From Steroidobacteraceae bacterium (lineage in GTDB: Bacteria; Pseudomonadota; Gammaproteobacteria; Steroidobacterales; Steroidobacteraceae), in contig JBIOZI010000377.1 of assembly GCA_044871085.1 (NCBI GenBank), positions 1-50,701 of the forward strand: a stretch of DNA of 50,701 nucleotides, written 5' to 3'. Position numbers and translations under genes: made by a program. The notes under the pieces are model-generated. The model was not told the DNA's origin and did not search any database. It saw only the letters and a program-made list of their open reading frames with translations. Below are positions 10,029-18,179 of the stretch, piece by piece; the stretch's first letter is position 1; every line of letters starts with the position of its first letter.

Positions 10029-10913
10029 ATGAGAGTTACCAATATAGCGGCTGCGTGGCTCGCCTGCGCCGCCATCGCCGCTGCCGCGCTGGCCCCGCCC
10101 GCGAAGGCCGCGGACGAACCGGGAGTCGAGGGCCCGGCGCTCACCTACCGCGGCGGCGACATCGTGCTGCCTAACAAGGTGGCGACGCTGCACCTCGGCG
10201 AGAAATACCGCTACCTGGATCCGGCCGAGGCCGAGAAGCTGCTGGTCGCCTGGCACAATCCGCCGGGCAACGAGACTCAGGGCGCCATCGTGCCGGCCGA
10301 CGTGGACCCGTTGACCGCCGACGGCTGGGCCGTGTTCCTGACCTACAAGGACGACGGCCACGTCGACGATTCCGAAGCCGCCGAGATCGACTACGCGGAC
10401 CTGCTCAAGGACCTGCAGGAGGGCACCGAGGCCGCGAACCCGGAGCGCAAGAAGGCCGGATACCCCGAGCTGCACCTGGTGGGCTGGGCCGAGAATCCGC
10501 ATTACGACTCCGCCACCAAGAAGCTGTACTGGGCCAAGGAGCTGCGCGGCGAAAGCGGTGGCGGCGGGCTCAACTACGACGTGCGCGTGCTCGGGCGCGA
10601 GGGCGTGCTGTCGATGAACGCCGTCGCCGGCATGGACCAGCTCGGCAAGGTACGCCAGGACATGCGCCCGCTGATCGAAACCGCGGAGTTCAACGAGGGC
10701 TACCGCTACGCCGAGTTCAACAAGAAGACCGACCGCATGGCCGAATACGGCCTGGGCGCGCTGATCGCCGGTGCCGCCGCCGCGAAGCTCGGCCTGTTCG
10801 GGAAGCTGTTCGCCATCCTGCTCGCGGCCAAGAAGGTGATCTTCGCGGTGATCATCGCCATCGGCGCGGCCATCGCCAAGCTCTTCGGCAAGAAGAAGGA
10901 CGAAGCCGCCTGA
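10029..10913 (+). CDS. DUF2167 membrane-anchored protein
   Basis: ATG at 10029 is preceded by GGGAGGG. Signal-like N-terminus. Contains GWAENPHYDSATKKLYWAKEL and a C-terminal TM segment plus a KKKDEAA tail. Confidence 0.7.
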   Translation: MRVTNIAAAWLACAAIAAAALAPPAKAADEPGVEGPALTYRGGDIVLPNKVATLHLGEKYRYLDPAEAEKLLVAWHNPPGNETQGAIVPADVDPLTADGWAVFLTYKDDGHVDDSEAAEIDYADLLKDLQEGTEAANPERKKAGYPELHLVGWAENPHYDSATKKLYWAKELRGESGGGGLNYDVRVLGREGVLSMNAVAGMDQLGKVRQDMRPLIETAEFNEGYRYAEFNKKTDRMAEYGLGALIAGAAAAKLGLFGKLFAILLAAKKVIFAVIIAIGAAIAKLFGKKKDEAA

Positions 10914-10975
10914 CCGGTCAGCCGCAGCCCGCGGCGTACACCGTCCGCATCGAACCCGGCGGCCACGTCCTGCGC

Positions 10976-11506
10976 GTGCCGCCGGGCGAGAACGTGCTGG
11001 CCGCCGCGCTCGCCGCCGGCATATCGCTGCCGCACAGCTGCCGGGCGGGCCGCTGCGCAACCTGCAAGGCCAAACTACTCTCGGGCGACATCGCCTATCC
11101 GGCGGGCGCGCTGCCGCCCGGCATCGCCGCCGCCGAGGCCGCACGCGGCGAGGTGCTGCTCTGCCAGGCGCGGCCGCGGACCGATCTCGTGGTCGAGACG
11201 CGCCAGCTCGTGGCCCGCGCCGCCGCGCACTACACCGGCGACATCCTGACGATCGGTCCACTGCCGTTCGGCGGCCTGCACCTGCGCGTGCGGATCGCCG
11301 CCGGCTCGATCGGGGTGCGTCCCGGACAATGGGTCGACGTGCGCAACGACACGGGCGACGCCGCGCGCCTCGCCGTGGTGGCGGTGGATGCGAACGAGCT
11401 CGGACTGGAAGCGGCGGACGGCGGCACCCTGCGCGAGTGGCTGGGCGGCGCAGCGGCGCTGCGCGCGACGGTGAGCATCAGCGGGCCATTCGATCGTCCG
11501 CGTTGA
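10976..11506 (+). CDS. plant-type 2Fe-2S ferredoxin domain protein with a truncated FNR-like barrel; true start probably upstream of 10976
   Basis: Cys pattern C-x4-C-x2-C...C (SCRAGRCATCKAKLLSG...LLCQARP). The in-frame codons 10937-10975 encode YTVRIEPGGHVLR, which looks like the conserved first strand but has no ATG/GTG/TTG in front of it. Confidence 0.6.
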   Translation: MPPGENVLAAALAAGISLPHSCRAGRCATCKAKLLSGDIAYPAGALPPGIAAAEAARGEVLLCQARPRTDLVVETRQLVARAAAHYTGDILTIGPLPFGGLHLRVRIAAGSIGVRPGQWVDVRNDTGDAARLAVVAVDANELGLEAADGGTLREWLGGAAALRATVSISGPFDRPR

Positions 11507-11519
11507 AGGAGGCATCGAC

Positions 11520-12206
11520 ATGAAAACGACGCCATGGCTGGGCGGGCTGCTGCTCGCCGCGTGCGCGGCGCTCGCGGCGCAGGATGAAGGCGGGAAGCAA
11601 GGCCAGGATCGAGGCGGCCGCATGGGCACGCCGGCCAAACTACTCTCGAGCAGGGCGCCGGAATATCCCGAGGCCGAGAAGCGGGCCGGCCACGCCGGCA
11701 CCGTGGTGATCACCTTCCGCGTCGGCAAGGCCGGGGTCCCGGAAGACTTGCGGGTGAAGACCAGCAGCGGCTACCCGGTGCTCGACGCGGCCGCGCTCGA
11801 CGGGGCGCGGCAGTGGAAGTTTGCACCCGCCACGGACGCCGATGGCCAGGTGCTCGATGCCATCTTCGAGGAGCACCTGGAGTTCAGGGTGTCGGACGAT
11901 CCAATGGCCTACCTCGCGCAGCCCTGCGCGAGGCTCGTCGAGGAAATCGCCGCGATGCGCGCCGCCAAGCCCGCGGCGGCGCTCGGCGAGGGCAAGACCT
12001 TCGGCAGTACCGTCGCGATCGTCGAGCGTGCGGCTGCCGGCCGCAGCCCATCCGAGCGCGCGGTGATCATGGCGAAGCTGCCGGCCTTCTACGAGGCGGT
12101 ATATGCCGACTGCCTGCAATCGCCCGCCTCGGTGTACGAAGTGGCGATGAAGCGGCACTTCGACGTGCTCGGGCTGCAGCGCCGGGGCAGGCCGGCCGCG
12201 CACTGA
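11520..12206 (+). CDS. TonB C-terminal-domain lipoprotein with extra two-Cys helical domain
   Basis: SD GAAGGAGG precedes the ATG. Lipobox is LLLAAC. TonB_C-like segment is PEYPEAEKRAGHAGTVVITFRVGKAGVPEDLRVKTSSGYPVLDAAALDGARQWKF. Confidence 0.6.
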   Translation: MKTTPWLGGLLLAACAALAAQDEGGKQGQDRGGRMGTPAKLLSSRAPEYPEAEKRAGHAGTVVITFRVGKAGVPEDLRVKTSSGYPVLDAAALDGARQWKFAPATDADGQVLDAIFEEHLEFRVSDDPMAYLAQPCARLVEEIAAMRAAKPAAALGEGKTFGSTVAIVERAAAGRSPSERAVIMAKLPAFYEAVYADCLQSPASVYEVAMKRHFDVLGLQRRGRPAAH

Positions 12207-12217
12207 CGCCGGGGTCC

Positions 12218-12952
12218 CTAGATGCGGAAGCGGTCCTTGAGATCGCCCGCCATGCGGCGGCTGACCTCGAGCGCGTCCGGAAACCCACGCAAGTGTACGA
12301 AGTGCTGGCCGCTGGCATCGCGCGCGATGCGCTCCAGGAACCGGGTGTTCACCAGCGCATTGCGATGGATGCGCACGAAGCCCGGCGCGAATTCCTCTTC
12401 GAGGATCTTGAGCGAGTCCTCGATGAGGTCCTCGCCCTTCACGTGTTTCACCGTGGTGTATTTCTGGTCCGCCTGGAAGCAGAACACCTCGTCGATGGGG
12501 ATCAGCTTGAGGCCGTCGCGCCCGCGCACGCCGATGTGCGAGCGCCGCGTGGGTTCGCGCGCCGCGCTCGCGATCTGCTGCAGCTGCGGACGCGTGAGGC
12601 GCGCCGCCTTGGCGAGCGCGGAGCGCAGCTTCTCGGCGCGGATCGGCTTCAACAGGTAGGCAACGGCCTCCGATTCGAACGCCTGCAGCGCATATTCGTC
12701 GAACGCCGTCGTGAAGATCACGGCCGGCGGCTCGGGGCTGGCCGCGAGCTGGCGCGCCACTTCCAGCCCGTCGATGCCGGGCATGCGCACGTCGAGCAGC
12801 ACGATGTCGGGCAGCAGCTTGTCCACCATGCCGAGCGCCTGCTCGCCGTTCGCCGCCTCACCGACCACCTCGAACTCGGCCTCGGCCAGCATCGAGCGCA
12901 GGCGTTCGCGCGCCGGCGGCTCATCGTCGACAATGAGCACGCGCAGACTCAT
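12218..12952 (-). CDS. LytR/AlgR family (LytTR) response regulator
   Basis: MSLRVLIVDDEPPARERLRSML...LLDVRMPGIDGLEVA, followed by a C-terminal LytTR-type DNA-binding half. Confidence 0.9.
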   Translation of the reverse strand: MSLRVLIVDDEPPARERLRSMLAEAEFEVVGEAANGEQALGMVDKLLPDIVLLDVRMPGIDGLEVARQLAASPEPPAVIFTTAFDEYALQAFESEAVAYLLKPIRAEKLRSALAKAARLTRPQLQQIASAAREPTRRSHIGVRGRDGLKLIPIDEVFCFQADQKYTTVKHVKGEDLIEDSLKILEEEFAPGFVRIHRNALVNTRFLERIARDASGQHFVHLRGFPDALEVSRRMAGDLKDRFRI

Positions 12953-13027
12953 ATCTGCGTCGTGTAGAAGATAGGCACGCGCAGGCTCATGTCTGCGTCG
13001 TGTAGAAGATAGGCACGCGCAGACTCA
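12937..13027. repeat. 38-bp tandem repeat, 2.4 copies, spanning the kinase stop and the regulator start
   Basis: Copy 1 is 12937-12974, copy 2 is 12975-13012 (2 mismatches) and the partial copy 3 is 13013-13027. Each copy carries a start codon plus the first five regulator codons (M/V-S-L-R-V). Confidence 0.9.
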
Positions 13028-14116
13028 CCCCGCCCCTCCCGCGCGCGGCGAGTACGGGAACCGCAGCGTCACGATGTATTCCGCGTCGAAGCGCCCGGCC
13101 TTCACGGTCGCGCGCTCGCCATACATCAGGTCGAGCCGCTCCTTGATGTTCGCGAGCGCCAGGCGGTTGCCGTCGCGCACGGTGAGATTGGCGGCGGGCA
13201 ACGGGTTGCGTACGACGATGGTGATCATGCCCTTGTTGAATTCGCCGACCACGGTCACCACCCCGCCGTCGGAGCGCGGCTCGATGCCGTGATAGATGGC
13301 GTTCTCGAGCAGCGGTTGGAGCGTGAGACCGGGCACCAGCGCCTCGCTCGGCAGGGAGTCGATTTTCCAGTCGATGCTCAGCCGGTCGCCGAGCCGCAGC
13401 TGCTCCATGCGCTGGTAGGTGCGTGCCACGTCGATCTCCTCGGCCAGCGAGATCTGGTCGCGCTTCTCCGAGAGATTCGCGCGGAACAGGTCCGCCAGAT
13501 CCTGCACCGCTTCCTCCGCGCGCCTGGGATTGGAGCGCGTGAGCGCCGCGATGGTGTTCATGCTGTTGAACAGGAAGTGCGGGCGGATGCGCGCCTGCAG
13601 CGCGTGCACGCGCGCCCTGGCCTGCAGCTCGACGTTGTGGCGCCACTCGTGGGTCACGTAGAAGTAGCGCAGCGCCAGCCCGGTGACCACCAGCGCGATG
13701 GCGACGTTGCGCGTCAGGAAGGTACCGTAGTCGTACGGCGCGAGCCCGCTCGCGATGAGCCAGCCGAGGTTGCCGAAATGGAACGCGAACGAAGTCGTGA
13801 GCGCGACCAGCATGGCGGTGAGGGCCAGTACGATGGTCGAGCCCTTGGCGATCGACAGGCGGTTGAGGTAGCCGCGCAGCAGGCAGAACATGCCGGCGCC
13901 GCACAGGCCGACCCACAGCAGGAACATCGAGGTGCGACCGAGGTCCGGCCAGAAGCCCAGCGCCGCCTCGTTGCGCGCCAGCGCCAGCACGAGGGCCGTC
14001 AACTCGCAGATGAGCACGATGGCCAGCACCGCGCGCGCCTTGCAGAAATCGGGTAGATAGAGCTGCTTCGTCGGCCCGACGTCGTTGCGCATGAAATCGG
14101 GTGCGGGCGAGCTCAT
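13025..14116 (-). CDS. LytS/AlgZ-type sensor histidine kinase
   Basis: Track ORF trimmed to ATG 14114-14116 (MSSPAPDFMRNDVGPTKQLYLPDFCKARAVL...). Multiple TM helices. H-box is RIRPHFLFNSMNTIAAL and N-box is LLENAIYHGI. Confidence 0.85.
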   Translation of the reverse strand: MSSPAPDFMRNDVGPTKQLYLPDFCKARAVLAIVLICELTALVLALARNEAALGFWPDLGRTSMFLLWVGLCGAGMFCLLRGYLNRLSIAKGSTIVLALTAMLVALTTSFAFHFGNLGWLIASGLAPYDYGTFLTRNVAIALVVTGLALRYFYVTHEWRHNVELQARARVHALQARIRPHFLFNSMNTIAALTRSNPRRAEEAVQDLADLFRANLSEKRDQISLAEEIDVARTYQRMEQLRLGDRLSIDWKIDSLPSEALVPGLTLQPLLENAIYHGIEPRSDGGVVTVVGEFNKGMITIVVRNPLPAANLTVRDGNRLALANIKERLDLMYGERATVKAGRFDAEYIVTLRFPYSPRAGGAG

Positions 14117-15000
14117 GTGCGCTTGAAGAGCGCCTGCTTGAGGCGGTGGGTGGCGGAGATGTCCTCGTCGCCGTAGCCGAGCGCCATCAACTCGGCGTAC
14201 TCCTCGAGCATCGCGTCGACGACCGGCAGGTGGACGCCGAAACGCGCGGCCATGTCGCGGCAGATGCCGAGGTCCTTGGCGTGCAGCTTGACGCGGAAGC
14301 CGGCCGGGTAGCTGCCGCGCACCATGTTCGGAGCGCGGTGCACGAAGTACCAGCTGGATCCCGCGCCGGCCCCGAGCGTGGAGACGACGCGCTCGAGCGG
14401 CAACCCGTGCGCCTCGGCGAACGCCATGCCCTCGGCGCATGCGCGGATGATGCCGGCGCACATGATCTGGTTGGTGGCCTTCGTCGCCTGGCCGTTGCCG
14501 CAGGGGCCGAAATGTTCGACGGTCTTTCCCATGGCGGCGAGGATCGGACGCGCGCCGTCGAAGGCCTCGGGGGTGCCACCGGCCATGATGGCCAGTGTGC
14601 CTTTCTGCGCACCCTCGACGCCGCCGCTCACGGGCGCGTCGACGAAACGCGCCTGGCGGGCGGCGAGATGCTGCTCGGCCCAGCGTGCGGTCTCGGCGCT
14701 GACGGTGGAGCAGTCGATGACCAGTTTGGTTTCTCCGTCTTTCTCGCCTGACAGGCCGGGCGCCAGCGCCTCGACCACGGTCTTCACATCCGCATCGGCC
14801 GAAACGCACAGCACCACCGTCTGGCAGCTGCGTGCGAGGTCGGCGAGCGTCGCCGGGGCTTCGCAGCCGAGCTCGGCGGCGAGCGCGCGCGCTTTGTCGG
14901 CGCTGCGGTTCCAGACGGCCCGCAACAGTCCCGCTCGATGGAGGTTTTTCGCCATGGGAGCTCCCATGGCACCGAGTCCGACGAAGCCGACGCGCTGCAT
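14113..15000 (-). CDS. NAD(P)-dependent oxidoreductase, 3-hydroxyisobutyrate dehydrogenase family
   Basis: MQRVGFVGLGAMGAPMAKNL... Rossmann motif. Its stop overlaps the kinase ATG (ATGA). I prefer the ATG at 15000 to the TTG at 15018. Confidence 0.85.
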   Translation of the reverse strand: MQRVGFVGLGAMGAPMAKNLHRAGLLRAVWNRSADKARALAAELGCEAPATLADLARSCQTVVLCVSADADVKTVVEALAPGLSGEKDGETKLVIDCSTVSAETARWAEQHLAARQARFVDAPVSGGVEGAQKGTLAIMAGGTPEAFDGARPILAAMGKTVEHFGPCGNGQATKATNQIMCAGIIRACAEGMAFAEAHGLPLERVVSTLGAGAGSSWYFVHRAPNMVRGSYPAGFRVKLHAKDLGICRDMAARFGVHLPVVDAMLEEYAELMALGYGDEDISATHRLKQALFKRT

Positions 15001-15099
15001 AGCGCGCGACTCTATCAAAGCTGCTCCGCGGGACTCAGTGTGCCCGGCGAGGAATGAGCGCTGGTTCGATCGACACTGGCCTGATCAGCCCTGGTCGGC

Positions 15100-15570
15100 T
15101 CAGCCTTGCGGGCCGCAGATGGATTCGACGGCTTTCGCGGCCTCGACGCGCGACGCTGCGAGCTCGGCATCGGACAAATAAGTGCGCTTGCCGTCCGGAG
15201 CTTCCTTGTACATGCGGCGCGATTCGATGGTCTGGGTGTAGTCCGCGCGAGCCTTCTTGCAGCGTTCGGCGCGCGTGGCTTCGAGATCCTTCGCCACTTT
15301 CTCCTGCGCGCGTGCGTCGCCCTGCTGGGTGGCGATGCGCTGGTTGCTCTCGGTGAGCTGGCGATTCTGGTTGTTCTGCTGCTGCGAGTAGGCCTGCGCG
15401 GCGGCTTCAGGAGGCCGCTGCGTGCCCGTGCTGACGCGCTGCGCGCCGGGAATCGGCTTGTCGGTGTAAAGGGTGCGGCCCTGCGCATCGACGTACTTGT
15501 AGACATCGCCGGCTTGCGCGGCAGCGCAGGCGAGAACGCTGGCAATGACGAGGAGAGTCGAGTGGCGCAT
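15100..15570 (-). CDS. DUF4124 domain protein (secreted)
   Basis: GGAGG SD precedes the start. Signal peptide is MRHSTLLVIASVLACAAAQA. Contains DVYKYVDAQGRTLYTDKP. Confidence 0.7.
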   Translation of the reverse strand: MRHSTLLVIASVLACAAAQAGDVYKYVDAQGRTLYTDKPIPGAQRVSTGTQRPPEAAAQAYSQQQNNQNRQLTESNQRIATQQGDARAQEKVAKDLEATRAERCKKARADYTQTIESRRMYKEAPDGKRTYLSDAELAASRVEAAKAVESICGPQG

Positions 15571-15747
15571 GGGGTTCCTCCGAATGGGCCCGATTATCGC
15601 AGGGTCTGCCCATGAGAACCTTTGACGCCCATCACAGACAAGCCCCCCAAAGCGTCCCAAATCGACGGAAATAGGCCTCCAAGGAAAGGGCCCCCCGGAT
15701 GACCGCCTTGCGACGCGGCATTCCGGGAGGCCCCAGTTCCGAGAGCA

Positions 15748-15779
15748 ATCCGGCACGGCCCGGTCGGGCCGTGCCGGAT
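15748..15779 (-). terminator. 13-bp perfect hairpin just after the amtB stop (no U-tract)
   Basis: atccggcacggcc / ggccgtgccggat with a 6-nt loop, located 10 nt downstream of the amtB stop. Confidence 0.4.
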
Positions 15780-15788
15780 ACCTGCGTA

Positions 15789-17228
15789 TCAGCCGTTGTA
15801 GGCGCGTTCGCCGTGCGAAACGGTGTCGAGGCCTTCGCGTTCCTGTTCCTCGTTCACGCGCAGACCGATCGTCAGATCGATGAGCTTGAACGCGACCAGG
15901 GCGACGATGCCCGACCAGAGCAGCGTGACGCCGACGCCCCAGAGCTGCGAGACGACGTGGGCGCCCATGTCGTATGCAGCCGGGTCCGGGAACGCGTTGG
16001 CGGCGTAGTCGTACACGTCGGTGCCGCCGAGCGCCGGCGCGTTGAACACGCCCGTCAGGATGGCGCCGACGATGCCGCCGATGCAGTGCACGCCGAATAC
16101 GTCGAGCGAGTCGTCGTAGCCCAGCATCTTCTTGAGGCCCGAGCAGGCCCACAGGCAGATGACCGCGGCGATGGCGCCGATGGCGATCGATCCCATCGGA
16201 CCAACCCAGCCGCAGGCCGGCGTGATCGCGACGAGTCCGGCGACCGCGCCCGAGGCGGCACCCAGCATCGTGGGCGAGCCCTTGACGATCCACTCACCGA
16301 GCATCCAGGCGAGCGTCGCGGCGGCGGTGGCGAGCAGCGTGTTGGTGAACACCAGCGTCGCGTAGCCGTTCGCTTCGAGATTCGACCCGACGTTGAAGCC
16401 GAACCAGCCCACCCACAGCAGTGCCGCGCCGATCATGACCATCGGCAGGTTGTGAGGAGGCAGCGCGGTCTGGCCGAAGCCGATGCGCTTGCCGATCAGC
16501 AAGCAGCCGACGAGGCCCGCGATGCCGGCGTTGATGTGCACCACCGTTCCGCCGGCGAAGTCCAGGGCTCCCTTGCTCCAGAGGAATCCGGCATTCGCAT
16601 TGGCCGCCGTGCCGGCCTCCGCGGTCGTGTACGCATCCGGTCCCGACCAGAACCACACCATGTGCGCGATCGGGTAGTACGCGAACGTCAGCCAGAGGAT
16701 GACGAACACCAGGATCGCGCTGAACTTGATGCGCTCGGCGAACGCTCCGACGATGAGCCCCGGCGTGATGGCGGCGAACGTCGCCTGGAAGCAGAAGAAT
16801 CCCAGCTCCGGGATGTTCGTTGCCTTGCTGAAGGTGGCCACCACCGAGTCGCCCGCGGTTCCGCCGCTCAGGCCGCTCAGGAAGGCGCGCGAGAAGCCGC
16901 CGAAGAATTGTGTCTCACCGCCGGTGAACGCCATGCTGTAGCCGTAGATGGCGAACATCAGCACGCCCACGCAGAAGATGATGAACACCTGCATGAGCAG
17001 CGACAGCACGTTCTTGCTGCGGACCATGCCGCCGTAGAACAGCGCCAGGCCCGGTATGGTCATCAGGATGACCAGTACTGTGCTCGTCATGAGCCAGGAG
17101 ATGTCGCCTTTGTTAGGAGGCGGCGGCGCGTCCTGGCCGAATGCCAGGACCGGCAACATCATCAGCAGCACAGCGCCGAGACCGCGCATCAGGCTGCTAC
17201 CCTTCGTTCTCTTCTTATCTTGATGCAT
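15789..17228 (-). CDS. amtB: ammonium transporter AmtB
   Basis: Multi-TM protein with typical Amt motifs (GGTVVHINAGIAGLV, FGVHCIGGIVG). GAGGAG lies 7 nt before the ATG at 17228. It follows glnK. Confidence 0.9.
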   Translation of the reverse strand: MHQDKKRTKGSSLMRGLGAVLLMMLPVLAFGQDAPPPPNKGDISWLMTSTVLVILMTIPGLALFYGGMVRSKNVLSLLMQVFIIFCVGVLMFAIYGYSMAFTGGETQFFGGFSRAFLSGLSGGTAGDSVVATFSKATNIPELGFFCFQATFAAITPGLIVGAFAERIKFSAILVFVILWLTFAYYPIAHMVWFWSGPDAYTTAEAGTAANANAGFLWSKGALDFAGGTVVHINAGIAGLVGCLLIGKRIGFGQTALPPHNLPMVMIGAALLWVGWFGFNVGSNLEANGYATLVFTNTLLATAAATLAWMLGEWIVKGSPTMLGAASGAVAGLVAITPACGWVGPMGSIAIGAIAAVICLWACSGLKKMLGYDDSLDVFGVHCIGGIVGAILTGVFNAPALGGTDVYDYAANAFPDPAAYDMGAHVVSQLWGVGVTLLWSGIVALVAFKLIDLTIGLRVNEEQEREGLDTVSHGERAYNG

Positions 17229-17250
17229 GTAAAAGCTCCTCAACTACATC

Positions 17251-17589
17251 TCAGGCTGCCGCCGCGCCGGATTCGCGCGTGCGAATTCGCACCGCTTCCC
17301 CGACGGACGCCAGGAAAATCTTTCCGTCGCCGGTTTTTCCCGTGCGACACACATTGCTGATGGCTTCGATGACGGCCTCGGCCGAGGCGTCGTCCAAGAC
17401 GATTTCCACGCGCAGCTTCGGTACGAACTCCACTTGATACTCGGAGCCGCGGTAGTGCTCCGAATGCCCGCGCTGCCGGCCGTAACCGGTGACTTCGGTG
17501 ACGGTGATCCCCTGCACGCCGAGTCGCGCGACGGCCATTTGCAGGTCGTCGAGCTTCCACGGGCGAATGATGGCAGTGATCATTTTCAT
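17251..17589 (-). CDS. glnK: P-II nitrogen regulatory protein GlnK
   Basis: 112 aa, MKMITAIIRPWKLDDL...TGYGRQRGHSEHYRGSEY (T-loop Tyr)...GDGKIF. Confidence 0.95.
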   Translation of the reverse strand: MKMITAIIRPWKLDDLQMAVARLGVQGITVTEVTGYGRQRGHSEHYRGSEYQVEFVPKLRVEIVLDDASAEAVIEAISNVCRTGKTGDGKIFLASVGEAVRIRTRESGAAAA

Positions 17590-17689
17590 CGCTTTGGCAT
17601 CGTTATCCGATGGATCGCGCCCGCGGCCCGCGCGTATGCTCCCGATTGCTCGTTTGTTCTTGCCCAGCGTTCTGGGCCTGTGATCAAAG

Positions 17690-17705
17690 TGCAGGTTCCA
17701 TGCCA
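17690..17705 (-). promoter_or_regulatory. sigma-54 (-24/-12) promoter candidate for glnK-amtB
   Basis: The minus strand reads TGGCATGGAACCTGCA (GG-N10-GC spacing), about 100 nt upstream of the glnK ATG. Confidence 0.55.
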
Positions 17706-17844
17706 GCGCCCCTATGCGGCGGATCGGCCCGCTGCGGCGCGAAAGAGCGCAGGGCTTTCGCCAAGGCGCCCAAAATTGGGGCGTCAGGGCGGGGGGCGCG
17801 ACAAAACGGGGCGTTGCTCTAACAATTCGCCAGGAGAGGCGTCG

Positions 17845-18114
17845 GTGGAGATTCCGAAAGTCGAAGAGCTGCTACGGGGCCTGATGCAGGGCCTGCCGCC
17901 CGGGCTCGCCGCGAGTGCGGGGGCCTTCCGCGAAGACCTCGAAAACAACTTCCGCGCCGTGCTGCGCGCAAATCTCGGCAAGCTCGATCTGGCGGGCCGC
18001 GAGGAATTCGACGCGCAGCGCAAGGTGCTCGAGCGCACGCGCGCGCGCCTCGAAGAGCTCGAGAAACGCGTTGCGCAGCTCGAGGCCGACGCCGCCAGGT
18101 CTTCCGGACGCTGA
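17845..18114 (+). CDS. ubiK: accessory factor UbiK (YqiC/BMFP) family protein
   Basis: GTG at 17845 follows AGGAGAGG. A coiled-coil 89-aa product ...LDLAGREEFDAQRKVLERTRARLEELEKRVAQLEA. The glnK/amtB-ubiK-comM neighbourhood matches what I recall for Pseudomonas. Confidence 0.65.
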   Translation: MEIPKVEELLRGLMQGLPPGLAASAGAFREDLENNFRAVLRANLGKLDLAGREEFDAQRKVLERTRARLEELEKRVAQLEADAARSSGR

Positions 18115-18179
18115 GCGCCCGCATCGCCGGCAGGGACGCCGGTCGCCTCGAGGAGTGAGCACATGGACAGGCTCCGACC

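Noticed and set aside
12937-13027. Considered whether the 38-bp repeat is a minimal CRISPR array.
   Set aside because: The units are directly abutting with no spacers and there are only 2.4 copies. They carry the regulator's own start codon and first codons. No cas genes are present.
17767-17783. CGCCC-N7-GGGCG inverted repeat as an NtrC enhancer site upstream of the glnK sigma-54 promoter.
   Set aside because: The arms are only 5 bp and it has little resemblance to the TGCACC-N5-GGTGCA consensus. This is easily chance in GC-rich DNA.
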